From: Mobula hypostoma
Taxonomy: Eukaryota
Direction: 5' to 3'
Length of the DNA stretch: 64,000 bases
NCBI RefSeq assembly: GCF_963921235.1
Contig: NC_086108.1
Span: 90,708,001 to 90,772,000 of the forward strand
This document shows, in pieces, positions 1 to 12,507 of the stretch; the first letter of the stretch is position 1; the number at the start of each line of letters is the position of its first letter. A program made the translations under genes and the position numbers. The notes below the pieces were generated by a model. It was not told where the DNA came from and ran no database searches. It saw only the letters and a program-made list of their open reading frames with translations.

Positions 1-10
1 GAGTCTTATA

Positions 11-1556
11 CAGGTGTCCCCCGCTTTTCGAACGTTCGCTTTATGAAACCTCACTGTTACGAAAGACCTACATTAGTACCATGTTTTCGCTTTCAGAAGG
101 TGTTTTCACTGTTACGAAAAAAAATTCAGCGCGCGATAAAAGGCAGTGCGCGCCCCGAGCAGCTGCTCTCCCCTGGATTCGGAACTGCTTTGCTTAAACA
201 CGTGCCTGTGAGCAGCCGTTTGCAAGATGAGTTCTATGGTATCGGAAAAGCCTGAAAGAGCTTGTAAGGGTGTTACTCTTAGCGTAAAACTAGACATAAT
301 TAAGAGTTTTGATCGTGGTGAACGAAGTAAGGACAACGTGAGTTTGGCTTGTGGAAGCTGACAAACATGATGTTGAAGAGGTTTTGGCATCCCATGACCA
401 AGAACTGATAGATGAAGAGCTGATGCAATTGGAAGAAAAAAGGATAACAATCAAAACCGAATGAGTAATGATAAAGTACGACTTTAATTTTGAAAGGGTA
501 CGTCGGTTTAGGAGATATTTGCAGGATGGTTTGAGTCCTTATTAAAGAACTGTGTGATAGAAAAGTGTGCAGTCAAGCAAGCCTTCCACATCAGCCACAG
601 CAGACGATGAACCTCGACCTTCGACATCAAGGCGGGCAGAGATAGAAGAAGATGAGCTGCCTGCTCTAATGGAAACAGACGACGAGATGACACCCCAGTG
701 TCCCACCACCCCAACCCCCAGGCCACGGACAGATACCGATTCGCGGAGAATGCAACGGTAGCCGGGAGGCACACAGCACATCTTTAAGAAAAAAGCTGAA
801 ATAAACATGCTAATTAATTAGGTGCCGCCAACACATAATTATCGGCCCAGATCAGAGACGACACAATCGGAAATCGGCACTAATCTGGGCCGACAATTAC
901 ATGCTGCGCGGCACCCAATTAATTAGCTTGTTTATTTCGGCTTTTTTCTTAAAGATGTGCTGTGTACCTCCCAGCTACGGCTGCATTCCTGCGTGCTTCG
1001 CAGCAATGTATCGCTCGGCGGCCTGGAGGGTGGGGGCCACCCAACCTGCGACGACTCAGTCTAACACACCATCATCCGTGTGCTCGGCAAGCCATCTTCT
1101 CGATTCCCGTAAGTGATACTACACTGTACATACATTATTTCTACTTAATATAGGCTGTGTATTTTTACGTGTTATTTGGTATGATTTGGCAGCTTCATAG
1201 CTTAAAGGTTACTGGAGAGAGTGTTCTTGCCAACAGCGCTTGCGTGAGATTTTCTGCCGATGGCGCTTGCATGAGATTTTTGCTACGGAGAGCAGTTCAG
1301 TAATGATTGTGGAAAAGTATTTCTACTTTTGTATAGGCTGTGTATTTATCATATCATTCCTGCTTTTACTACATGTTACTGTTATTTTAGGTTTTATGTG
1401 TTATTTGGCAGTATCTGGTAGGTTATTTTTGGGTCTGCGAACGCTCACAAAATTTTCCCATATAAATAGATGGTAATTGCTTCTTCGCTTTACGACATTT
1501 CGGCTTACGAACCGTTTCATTGGAACGCTCTACTTTCGGATGGTGGGGGAAACCTG
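11..1556 (+). mobile_element. Internally deleted Tigger/pogo-like (Tc1/mariner superfamily) DNA transposon
   Basis: TA|CAGGTGTCCCCCGC...GGTGGGGGAAACCTG|TA imperfect terminal inverted repeats with TA duplication. Remnant CENP-B-type HTH (KGVTLSVKLDIIKSFDRGERSKD, ~266-335) is followed closely by a Tigger-type C-terminal segment (DVEEVLASHDQELIDEELMQLEE). Inserted into a CR1 3' tail that resumes at ~1559. Confidence 0.85.
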
Positions 1557-2175
1557 TACAGGCATATGGATGAAAGAAAAACAGAGGGCTGTGTGGGAGG
1601 GAAGGGTTAGATTGATCATGAAGTAGGCTAAAGCATCAGCACAACATTGTGGGCCAAAAGGCCAATATTGTGCTGTACTGTTCTATGTTCTTTGCTCCTT
1701 CTAAGGCTGTATGTAGTTCTGAGCAAGCCTTTTAATAAGAAAAGCGCACATTTGTCCGACATCACACAAAGGGTAAATTGTCTAGTTAGCCGACAATATC
1801 AAGGACTTAGCAGTCAGTTTACATTCACGATGAAGGTGAGCATTTGTCATTTTGTGTATTTTGTATGTATGAATGTACTTTCACTATTGATCATTAATCC
1901 TGTGTGCACAAACCCTTTCTTGCTGTGTATGTATGAGTCAACCTGCAGCCAATTAACCCAGTAACAGCTGAGGTGGCAGTGAATCTTAACACAGAATCAA
2001 ATTAATTTATATCTATACAGATTAGCCAGTGTCAAAAATATATATAAGCAATAGAATTTAATATCCAAAATACCAATATTGTTTTTGGGTAACATTAAGA
2101 TGCCTAACTCTTGTCATTTGATATGCATTCTGAACCACCCAGATTTTGTTGCTCTGGGATAACACGCACAGAAGG

Positions 2176-2310
2176 CTGATGAAGGGTCTCAGTCTGAAAT
2201 GTTGACTGTTTATATCTCTCTGTTGATGCTGATTGACCTGCTGAGTTCCTGCAGCATTTTGTGTGTGTGTTACTCTGGAGTTCTAGCATCTGCAGCATCT
2301 CTTGTGTTTA
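2176..2310 (+). mobile_element. Penelope-like element terminal repeat fragment with decayed hammerhead motif
   Basis: ctgatgaagggtctcagtctgaaatgttgact followed by the gatgctg..gacctgctgagttcc..cagcattttgtgtg..agcatctgcag block shared with the PLE at 43793-46801. Confidence 0.75.
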
Positions 2311-2855
2311 TCCCTCTGGGATGAATGGCCTTGCAGTTTTGAATAAGCAGTGACAGAATTTGAAATAATAAATGATATCCAAAGAAATGTCAATGTTATA
2401 CCGTGGTAATGAAAAATTATTGGATATTGATGCCATTTTATCAATTGTGCAATAGTGCTCCATTTCACAAGACAGGAGGCAAACTCCTTGATTACTATTG
2501 CAGTGTTGGGGATACTTTGATGCAAACTGTGATTTTGAGTGAGAGTTGAAAGCACAGACTGTTGAATGATGCAGTTTTGAAGGAAATCTTTCGAATGGGG
2601 CATTAATCTGTCTGGGCTCCTTCCATTAGTAAAATCATTGTCACATTTAGAGATTTAGACTACACAGCAATTGAGAAAAAACGACCACAGGGTAATATAA
2701 GATAATAAGATTGGAAGAGTAAATAAACAAAGTCCAGAGCAGAGCATTTGAATTAAAGCCATAAACAGACAATAAGTACTTGCAGAACACAAAATATGGT
2801 GGAGGAAGCTGCCCAAGAATGCAGATTATTGAGGGGAAACAATGTTAATTATGTT

Positions 2856-5120
2856 AGAGTGACGTAGTTAATTCAGAAACAAAGGTTCTGAACTTAAAGA
2901 GGGGTAACTTTGAAGGTATGAGACATGAATTAGCTAAGATAGACTGGCAAATGACACTTCAAGGATTGACGGTGGATATGCAATGGCAGGCATTTAAAGG
3001 TTGCATGGATGAACTACAACAATTGTTCATCCCAGTTTGGCAAAAGAATAAATCAAGGAAGGTAGTGCACCCGTGGCTGACAAGAGAAATTAGGGATAGT
3101 ATCAATTCCAAAGAAGTAGCATACAAATTAGCCAGAGAAAGTGGCTCACCTGAGGACTGGGAGAAATTCAGAGTTCAGCAGAGGAGGACAAAGGGCTTAA
3201 TTAGGAAGGGGAAAAAAGATTATGAGAGAAAACTGGCAGAGAACATAAAAACGGACTGTAAAAGCTTTTATAGATATGTAAAAAGGAAAAGACTGATAAA
3301 GACAAATGTAGGTCCCCTGCAAACAGAAACAGGTGAATTGATTATGGGGAGCAAGGACATGGCAGACCAATTGAATAATTACTTTGGTTCTGTCTTCACT
3401 AAGGAGGACATAAATAATCTTCCAGAAATAGTAAGGGACAGAGGGTCCAGTGAGATGGAGGAACTGAGCGAAATACATGTTAGTAGGGAAGTGGTGTTAG
3501 GTAAATTGAAGGGATTGAAGGCAGATAAATCCCCAGGGCCAGATGGTCTGCATCCCAGAGTGCTTAAGGAAGTGGCCCAAGAAATAGTGGATGCATTAGT
3601 GATAATTTTTCAAAACTCGTTAGATTCTGGACTAGTTCCTGAGGATTGGAGGGTGGCTAATGTAACCCCACTTTTTAAAAAAGGAGGGAGAGAGAAACCG
3701 GGGAATTATAGGCCGGTTAGCCTAACGTCGGTGGTGGGGAAACTGCTGGAGTCAGTTATCAAGGATGTGATAACAGCACATTTGGAAAGCGGTGAAATGA
3801 TCGGACAAAGTCAGCATGGATTTGTGAAAGGAAAATCATGTCTGACGAATCTCATAGAATTTTTTGAGGATGTAACTAGTAGAGTGGATAGGGGAGAACC
3901 AGTGGATGTGGTATATTTGGATTTTCAAAAGGCTTTTGACAAGGTCCCACATAGGAGATTAGTGTGCAAACTTAAAGCACACGGTATTGGGGGTAAGGTA
4001 TTGGTGTGGGTGGAGAATTGGTTAGCAGACAGGAAGCAAAGAGTGGGAATAAACGGGACCTTTTCAGAATGGCAGGCGGTGACTAGTGGGGTACCGCAAG
4101 GCTCAGTGCTGGGACCCCAGTTGTTTACAATATATATTAATGACTTGGATGAGGGAATTAAATGCAGCATCTCCAAGTTTGCGGATGACACGAAGCTGGG
4201 TGGCAGTGTTAGCAGTGAGGAGGATGCTAAGAGGATGCAGGGTGACTTGGATAGGTTGGGTGAGTGGGCAAACTCATGGCAGATGCAATTTAATGTGGAT
4301 AAATGTGAAGTTATCCACTTTGGTGGCAAAAATAGGAAAACAGATTATTATCTGAATGGTGGCCGATTAGGAAAAGGGGAGGTGCAACGAGACCTGGGTG
4401 TCATTATACACCAGTCATTGAAAGTGGGCATGCAGGTACAGCAGGCGGTGAAAAAGGCGAACGGTATGCTGGCATTTATAGCGAGAGGATTCGAGTACAG
4501 GAGCAGGGAGGTACTACTGCAGTTGTACAAGGCCTTGGTGAGACCACACCTGGAGTATTGTGTGCAGTTTTGGTCCCCTAATCTGAGGAAAGACATCTTT
4601 GCCATAGAGGGAGTACAAAGAAGGTTCACCAGATTGATTCCTGGGATGGCAGGTCTTTCATATGAAGAAAGACTGGATGAACTGGGCTTGTACTCGTTGG
4701 AATTTAGAAGATTGAGGGGGGATCTGATTGAAACGTATAAGATCCTAAAGGGATTGGACAGGCTAGATGCAGGAAGATTGTTCCCGATGTTGGGGAGGTC
4801 TAGAACGAGGGGTCACAGTTTGAGGATAGAGGGGAAGCCTTTTAGGACCGAGGTTAGGAAAAACTTCTTCACACAGAGAGTGGTGAATCTGTGGAATTCT
4901 CTGCCACAGCAAACTGTTGAGGCCAGTTCATTAGCTATGTTTAAAAGGAAGTTAGATATGGCCCTTGTGGCTACAGGGGTCAGGGGGTATGGAGGGAAGG
5001 CTGGGTTCTGAGTTGGATGATCAGCCATGATCATAATAAATGGCGGTGCAGGCTCGAAGGGCCGAATGGCCTACTCCTGCACCTATTTTCTATGTTTCTA
5101 TGTTTTCTATGTTTCTATGT
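2856..5120 (+). mobile_element. 5'-truncated CR1-clade LINE (HER1-like), young copy
   Basis: Uninterrupted RT ORF, CR1-type 3' UTR and (TTTCTATG)n tail at ~5087-5120. Confidence 0.95.
2918..5011 (+). CDS. CR1 LINE ORF2, reverse transcriptase and C-terminal region (endonuclease domain lost by 5' truncation)
   Basis: 697-aa ORF with KSPGPDG, NYRPVSLTS, QHGF, YLDFQKAFDKV, GVPQGSVLGP, KFADD and RPHLEYCVQFW motifs. The frame stays open upstream of the ATG to the truncation point. Confidence 0.9.
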   Translation: MRHELAKIDWQMTLQGLTVDMQWQAFKGCMDELQQLFIPVWQKNKSRKVVHPWLTREIRDSINSKEVAYKLARESGSPEDWEKFRVQQRRTKGLIRKGKKDYERKLAENIKTDCKSFYRYVKRKRLIKTNVGPLQTETGELIMGSKDMADQLNNYFGSVFTKEDINNLPEIVRDRGSSEMEELSEIHVSREVVLGKLKGLKADKSPGPDGLHPRVLKEVAQEIVDALVIIFQNSLDSGLVPEDWRVANVTPLFKKGGREKPGNYRPVSLTSVVGKLLESVIKDVITAHLESGEMIGQSQHGFVKGKSCLTNLIEFFEDVTSRVDRGEPVDVVYLDFQKAFDKVPHRRLVCKLKAHGIGGKVLVWVENWLADRKQRVGINGTFSEWQAVTSGVPQGSVLGPQLFTIYINDLDEGIKCSISKFADDTKLGGSVSSEEDAKRMQGDLDRLGEWANSWQMQFNVDKCEVIHFGGKNRKTDYYLNGGRLGKGEVQRDLGVIIHQSLKVGMQVQQAVKKANGMLAFIARGFEYRSREVLLQLYKALVRPHLEYCVQFWSPNLRKDIFAIEGVQRRFTRLIPGMAGLSYEERLDELGLYSLEFRRLRGDLIETYKILKGLDRLDAGRLFPMLGRSRTRGHSLRIEGKPFRTEVRKNFFTQRVVNLWNSLPQQTVEASSLAMFKRKLDMALVATGVRGYGGKAGF

Positions 5121-5395
5121 TATTTCACCAGTGGGTCATTCAGCAAACCAGGTGCGTAGTCAGTGTTGAAGCTAATGCAGAGATGAACAATTTTTCTGAT
5201 GACACTGACTTTTAGTCTTTGCACTGACTGGAGTATTAATCTAGAACTATAATGTAGGTGAACACAGCTTGTAAATTAAAGTACAGCTGTTAAACTTGTA
5301 TTTGCTGATGTAATATTTGAAAAAAAAGCTTCCACAATCCTCACTGTCACTTGATTCGCTCAATGAAGGTATGCTGTAATGTTTTCTTGCAGAAA

Positions 5396-6425
5396 TACTT
5401 TGTACTTTATACTTTATTGTCACCAAACAATTGGCACTAGAACGTACAATCATCACAGCGATATTTGATTCTGCGCTTGTGGCCCTTGTGGCTACAGGGG
5501 TCAGGGGGTATGGAGGGAAAGCTGGGGCGGGGTTCTGAGTTGGATGATCAGCCATGATCATAATAAATGGCGGTGCAGGCTCGAAGGGCCGAATGGCCTA
5601 CTCCTGCACCTATTTTCTATGTTTCTATGTTTCTATGTTTCACACTCCCTGGATTACAAATATTAAATATTAAAAATTTAAATTATAAATCATAAATAGA
5701 AAATAGAAAAATGGGAAGTAAGGTAGTGCAAAAAAACCGAGAGGCAGGTCAGGATATTTGGAGGGTACGGCCCAGATCCGGGTCAGGATCCCTTCAGCAG
5801 TCTTATCACAGTTGGAAAGAAGCTGTTCCCAAATCTAGCCGTATGAGTCTTCAAGCTCCTGAACCTTCTCCCGGAGGGAAGAGGGACAAAAAGTGTGTTG
5901 GCTTGGTGGATTGTGTCCTTGATTATCCTGGCAGCACTGCTCGGACAGCGTGCGGTGTAAAGTAAGTCCACGGACGGAAGTTTGGTTTGTGTGATGTGCT
6001 GCGCCGTGTTCACAATCTTCTGTAGCTTCTTCCGGTCTTGGACAGGACAACTTCCATACCAGGTTGTGATGCACCCTAGAAGAATGCTTTCTACGGTGCA
6101 TCTATAAAAATTAGTGAGGGTTTTAGGGGACAGGCCAAATTTCTTTAGCTTTCTCAGGAAGTAAAGGCGCTGGTGGGCCTTCTTGGTAGTGAACTCTGCT
6201 TGGTTGGACCAAGTCAGGTCATTTGTGATATTGACCCCAAGGAACTTAAAGCTTTTGACCTGTTCCACTTGCGCACCACCAATGTAAATTGGGTTGTGTG
6301 GTCCGTTACATCTTCTGAAGTCAACAACCAATTCCTTCGTCTTGCTGATATTAAGCGATAGGTTATTGTCTTTGCACCATGCCACCAGGTTCTTAATTTC
6401 CTCCCTGTATTCTAACTCATCATTA
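5396..6425 (-). mobile_element. Rex1/Babar-like LINE 3' fragment
   Basis: ORF 5783-6385(-): WCKDNNLSLNISKTKELVVDFRR, FKFLGV, KKAHQRLYFLRKLKKF, LPSGRRFRS, NSFFP. AATAAA plus a short tandem tail at ~5396-5420. Confidence 0.85.
5479..5640 (+). mobile_element. Short 3'-end copy of the same young CR1, nested in the Rex1 3' UTR
   Basis: Near-identical to 4959-5120 including the (TTTCTATG)n tail; interrupts the Rex1 element. Confidence 0.85.
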
Positions 6426-6547
6426 CCATGCCTTTGATAGTTCTGGAAATATATTTACATTGCAAATCACTTTCAAATAGATGAAAGTTTTGTGGTATCT
6501 CATGCCACTGATTTTCAACACTGTGTCAGCTCATCACATTGGCATTT

Positions 6548-7055
6548 GACTTTGGAGAGGGTTCAGAGAAGATTCACGAGAATGATTCTAGGAATGAGAG
6601 GGTTACTGTATGAGGAACGTCTGGCAGCTCTTGGGCTGTATTCCCTAGAGTTCAGGAGAATGAGGGGAGATCTCATCGAAATATTCTGCATGTTAAAAAG
6701 CTTGAACAGATTAGATATGGCGAAGTTACTTCCCATGGTAGGGGATTCTAGGACAAGAGGGCACTACTTCAGGATTGAAGGTTGTCCATTTAGAACTGAG
6801 ATGCGGAGAAATTTACTTTAGTCAGAGGGTGGTAAATCTGTGGAATTTGTTGCCATGAGCAGCTGTGGAGGCCAAGTCATTGGGTGTATTTAAGGCAAAA
6901 ATAGACAGGTTCTTGATTAGCCAGGCATCAAAGGGTATGGGGTGAAGGAGGAGGAGTAGGGATGACTGGAAGAATTAGATCAGCCCATGATTGAATGGCA
7001 GAGCAGACTCGATGAGCTGAATGGCCTCCTTCTGCTCCTATATCTTATGATCTTA
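6548..7055 (+). mobile_element. CR1 LINE 3' fragment (older subfamily)
   Basis: LERVQRRFTRMI..YEERL..LGLYSLEFRRMRGDLIE..RTRGH motif with frameshift; CR1-type tail. Confidence 0.85.
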
Positions 7056-7831
7056 TTATCATATCGGTGGTGCTGACAACCGCCTCAATAACCATGAAGA
7101 AAAGGCTACAAAGCAACGTTCTCAGTTATGTGAGTGTGAATGCAGTGCCCATAACAATAACATTGAACACAAAGCTAAAATCGATCCCTGTACATAGTGT
7201 CAAGTCACAAACTGATTTGTGGCTTTATGAATCTCAGGGTTGTATACAGAATACATACTTTAATAATAAATGTACTTTGAACTTTGAAAATGCGACCTTC
7301 AATAATGTTTCCCATGCTACTGAAGAAGTGCAACAAACTTATAATTGAACCCACCTCATCTCTCATTCTATGAGGTAATTACTGTCATCCTGCAGTCATG
7401 AATGAAATATATTATAAATATTATTCAGAAAGCCTGTCAAAGGATCATGAAATCTAAAAATTGTAAAGGGAAGAAGTTACGGTCCCCTGAATGGATTAGT
7501 TGATTAACACAAAATCAACCAATAAAATGTAAATTACCCTAAAGGTCATAGATCAACCTTAGTGCTGACTTTGCAGATATACACTCCTGTGATTATTTGC
7601 TCGTCACTATTGATGGCTATAGTAGATTCCTTGTAATTAAAAAAATCTGTCTTCTGCAGCAGAGGTTGCCATCTCAAATGTTAATTGTATCCGCATTATT
7701 GGTGTTCCTCAAATGGAGAGAATAAAGAATTGAAAGCTGCATAAAATCGATGACTAGGAAGTTTCCAATTTCCTTTGGTTTCATTCATTGTAAAGTCACC
7801 TCACTGGCCTTGAGCGACTGGAGCTCTAGAG

Positions 7832-7910
7832 CAGGGGTACCCAACCTTATTCATGCCATGGATCCCTACCATTACCAAACGGTCAATGGACCGTAGGTTG
7901 GGAACCCCTG
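7832..7910. mobile_element. 79-bp hAT-type MITE, copy 1
   Basis: TIR CAGGGGTACCCAACC...GGTTGGGAACCCCTG; 8-bp TSD ctctagag/cactagag. Confidence 0.8.
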
Positions 7911-8465
7911 CACTAGAGAAATTTGTATGAATAATAAAGAAAAACCGGGCTGTTCATGGTGAAACAGTCCAGGAGGCTGTGTCGTTTTTTTTTGCTGATT
8001 AACAAAGCAGCGTTGTATTTATTGAGAGGATTACATGCAGCCTTCTTTGTCTGCAGAATATCTGCGGGGACGCCGACAGGATTGATTATCAGCATTGACA
8101 ATACAGATACAGCATGAAATCTAATGAGAATGATGACATGGAATTCAGATCTGCTCCATGACTATATAAGATATATATAACACATTTTATGACTTATGCC
8201 AGTGATATTAAATCTGATTCTGAAGCTAGCAAGCAATTCCATATGACATCCAGACATTTCAAGTTACTGACATCAAAGCTTTCATGATCACAGCACTGGA
8301 TGTTTCACAAAACATCATGTACTCGAAACAACGTCTGCTGCCGGCAAATCCAGAATGGGCAATCTTGAGTTTGAAAAAGAAGTTGAACTATCTCAATTGA
8401 TGCACCCTCCACTACCCTCACATTTGGAAAGCTATAATGTAAAGCATAGTGTGAGGGGAAGCCTA

Positions 8466-9566
8466 CACCCAGTGTACACTTTATTAGACACACCTGTACA
8501 CCTGCTTGTTCATGCAAATACATAATCAGCCAATCATGTGGCAGCGACTCAATGCATGACAGTCTGCAAACATAGTCAAGAGGTCCAGTTGTTCACACCA
8601 AACATCAGAATGTGAAGCAGTGTGATTCCAGTCACTTTGACTGTGGAATGATAGTTGGAGTATCTCAGAAACTGCTGATCTTCACGGGAGGCCGTGTCGG
8701 GCCGGAGGTTGTGGGGGGCTGCATCTTGGCAGATGAAGGCCCCACAGAAGGACTGAGTTGGAGCTGTTGCTCGCCTTGATGCTAACGGAGGACATTTTTG
8801 AAATTCCGAGACACATTTTTATTTCTGTGGACTGTAGCTTATATTGGTCTCCTTCAGTTTTTCTGCGTTTTCTTCTTGTTGCTGATTGGTGGGTGGGCGA
8901 TAGGTTACTTTTTTGGGTGAGTGAGAGGTTGGGGGTTTGATGTTATTGAGTATTATTTTGCATGGGAGGGCCTTGGTGTTAGGAGTTTAATGTTTTAGCT
9001 CTCGTGCCCAGGTGGGATCTGTTGATCTGTTAGTTTTTGTGCAAGGGAGGGGTTGGGGGGGGGGTTTGAGAGTTTTGTTTCTTCATCTTTTCCATGTGGA
9101 GCGGGGGTGATGTCTTTTCTTTCAATGTCTGTCATGTTTTTTTCTGTATTACACAGCTCTCTGGAGAAGATGAATCTTAGAGTTGCATTCTGTGTACATA
9201 CTTTGATAATAAAATGAACCTTTTTTTGAGTCTTTGATCTCCTGGGATTCTCATGCACAACAGCTTTTAGAGTTTACAGTGAAAACAAACAAACAAAAAC
9301 ATCCAGTGAGTGACAGTTTTGTGGATAAAAATGCCTTGTTAATGAGAGAGGTCAGAGGAGAATGGCCAGACTGGTTCAAGCTGTCAGGAAGGTGACAATA
9401 ACTCATATGAGCATACGTTACAACAGTGGTGAGCCGAAGAGCAGCTCCAAATGGACAACGCGCTGAACCTTAAAGTAGATGGGTAACAGCAGCAAAAGAC
9501 CATGAACATACGCTTGGTAACCACTTGATTAGGCACAGAAGGTACTTATAAACTGGCCAATGAGTG
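8466..9566 (+). mobile_element. Tc1-like non-autonomous DNA transposon, interrupted by a retroelement 3' fragment (8682-9234)
   Basis: TA|CACCCAGTGTACACTTTATTAG...CTTATAAACTGGCCAATGAGTG|TA termini. The insert is flanked by a tgatct duplication (8676-8681 / 9235-9240) and ends in AATAAA plus a short tail. A second copy lies at ~33710-34340(-). Confidence 0.7.
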
Positions 9567-11152
9567 TATATATCCAATAGAGTTTGTAACAAATTGATTT
9601 AAAGGCTGGGAGTTTCAAATGGTTTCTTTAAGAGGCAGAAACTAATGCTACTATTGCTGTTAGTATATTTTCTGTTCGATATGTCCATCCCCACAGTATG
9701 TGGTTCTGAGGTTGTCCAGTGCTGAATAACGAAAGCAGCTGTTGTTCTATATCATACAACAGTGCACTTATCTAATTAATTTCATATATCAAAGGCTTCC
9801 TTCCAATTAGTAGTTTACAGATAGGTTGAAATCCAATATAATAAAGTTGATTAATTGTAAACATATAAAATTACTTTTGGACTGACCATAATGAGATATT
9901 GTACTGAGAGTGAACAAATTAATCAAATTAATGGCTTCATTAAATGTGTTTAAAATAACAACTATTTAATAATACAATCACAGAGCATGGTTTAATATAT
10001 ATACAGTATAAAAAAGTTACAAATACCAAGCTGTATTGTAGTAATGTTATGCACAATCAAAATTAATATTTGTGCATTATCAAGTTCAATGGCTCAATGC
10101 TTCAATTTAATATCAGAGAATGTATAAATAGCCTGAAATTCCTACTCGTCACATTCATCAATGAAGCAGAAAAATCCACAATATGAATCACAGAAACATC
10201 AGAAAGCCAAAGCCCCCTTCCACCTCCCACACAAAAGCATCAACCCTCTCCCTCCCATTTGTGCCAGTAAAGTGTGAGTGAAATAAAAACAACCACATTG
10301 ATGGTCTTGAGAGACGTTTTGATGTTGATGCCAAAGCACACGATATTTGAATATTATTCCTCAGATGACTTTACCTAACCTGGAAGTGCATACTACTAAT
10401 TAGGAAATGCAGAATAAAGATAATTGCAAAAGAACCAGATGAGCAGATTTTTAACACCAAGATCTCAAGTGGTCTGTTTGAAAAAAATGGTGGAAGAAGA
10501 TTAAATGGTAACATTAAAAAAAAATTTATACTTGAAAAGTGAAAGATTGCGGAGCCATGGGTGAAAACGCAAAGTAGTGAACCTAGGTGGCACAGAAGCA
10601 CTAAACCAAATGATATTCTTTTGTAAAATTCAATGATTGGTTAACTAGTTTTCTCAAATAGACGAGTATACTATTTTGTGCAATGCAGCAACTCACTTGA
10701 CAAATAATTTTGTTCAGAGATCAAAAAATTGTCAAATGCATCATCAAATCTGCGTTTTAGAAGGACAGAGTAATGTTTCTTTATCAGTTTAAAGCAAATT
10801 AAGATGATATCGTAAGGTATACACTTAAAGTACAGTATGTCCTTTTAACATAATTGATAAATATTTTATGAAGATGATGCTTTAAGATAAAGATTCAGAT
10901 TAAATTTGGTGTTTTTACATTTGAAGGCTTAAATAAAGTAGAGAAATTATTATGGTCATTCTTTATAATATATTACCATAGCATTGCTACAGCACCAGAG
11001 AAGGTTGTTGACCCATATTTTGTTTTTTTTTTCTGTCTCGTATCCGTAAATCTGTTCAAACTGTAAAATAACAGCAAATGAGAATTATTGATTTGCATTA
11101 AAAGATGCTTTAATGGCAATTAGAGAATCATGAAATATCTTCTTTTTTGTAG

Positions 11153-11234
11153 TACATCTGAGATTCCTCAGTTCAGATTGCCTTATGATGTTGTCAAGTT
11201 TGAAATCAAGCTGATGAAAGACCTTGGAGTGAAG
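11153..11234 (+). CDS. DPYD: Dihydropyrimidine dehydrogenase exon (equivalent to human exon 7)
   Basis: tcttttttgtag|T ACA TCT GAG...GTG AAG|gtaaac; 82 nt; (S)[27 protein letters not shown], matching [32 protein letters not shown]. Confidence 0.97.
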
Positions 11235-12069
11235 GTAAACACCAAAGTGCATGCAAAAAATAAAATGAAGAATGGCTTGAAGTTTACTGATGATTAACAG
11301 CAAAATGTCACACACATTAATAAAGCACAATTAAATGTCGCCAATTGTTTCAATTGGGTAGGATACCTGATTAAGTTCTGAGCATTTGTCTGTCTATATT
11401 TTGAATGCAACCAGTCTGAAAAAGGGCAATCAATATTTCTGTCGTGTCTTGCACACATGCAATTAATTTTTTGAGTGGAACAGTTTCTTACTATGTTGGG
11501 TAGATTTAGCATTTTTGCTTTAACCAGGGTTTGTTTTGAACTGGTCTTTACACTTTGCATACAAAATTAGAATGTGAAAGAAATGATAAAATTTTAAAAG
11601 ACAGGACCTACAAATGGTCCTGCCCTTTAAAATGTTATCTTTTCTTCCTTATCCTAATTCTGCATGTAAAGTATAAAAATGGAGCTACGTGACTAGCTCC
11701 AATGTGTTGTCACCAAAGACTGTATTTACATTATATACTTAATACTCACTTAAAGCCCTCTTCACAAACACACCAGAGCAAAGGCAGAGTCCACTGTTCA
11801 CCACTGTCATTGATCTTGACATCCCCAGCTCTCTGGTTAGTCATGACCACAGTCCCACTTTTCTCTCCTCTCTCCCCAGCAATGTCCTGACTCCAGAGAT
11901 CTTAAATTTCCCCTTCAACCACCCCACTCCCTCTCCAGTTCCAAAATGATGCTCCCAACTTCGCTGTCATTGCTGGGAAACTCTTCTGTATGACCCTTGA
12001 CCACTCCACCTCTGCTGGATCTGGCGTGGCAGGACAGGTGAAGGAAAGGCCCCTCTGCAGCCAGTTTAT

Positions 12070-12410
12070 ATGAGCACACCCTTCCTACCATCAAGCACAT
12101 TTTCAAGAGGTGGTGTCTCAAGGTGATGGCATCACTAATTAAGGACACTCCCTTTCTGGGTAATGCCTTTTTCTTGTTATTACCATCAGGGAAGAAATAG
12201 AAGAGGCCGGAGACCCACACTCAATAGTTTAATTCTCCCCCATGCCATCAGATTTCTGAATGGTATGTGATCCCATGAACTCTAACTATTCTTTTATTCT
12301 TTTATTTTGACTACTTTATTCGTTCTTGTAATTTGTAGTAATTTTTACATCATAAAGCAACGCACTTCACATCATATATCAGTGATAATAAATTTGGTTC
12401 TGATTCTGAA
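12070..12410 (+). mobile_element. Decayed Rex1-like LINE 3' fragment
   Basis: ttaccatcagggaagaaatag (LPSGR-like), catgccatcagatttctgaatgg, aataaa..tctgattctga tail; same family as 59400-60005. Confidence 0.6.
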
Positions 12411-12507
12411 GATCTATGACATGCTTTGGACCTTATGCAGTTGAACATTACAATGGGGAACCAATAAACAGGACATGTTGGATCATCCCACATCACCCAT
12501 TAAGTAT

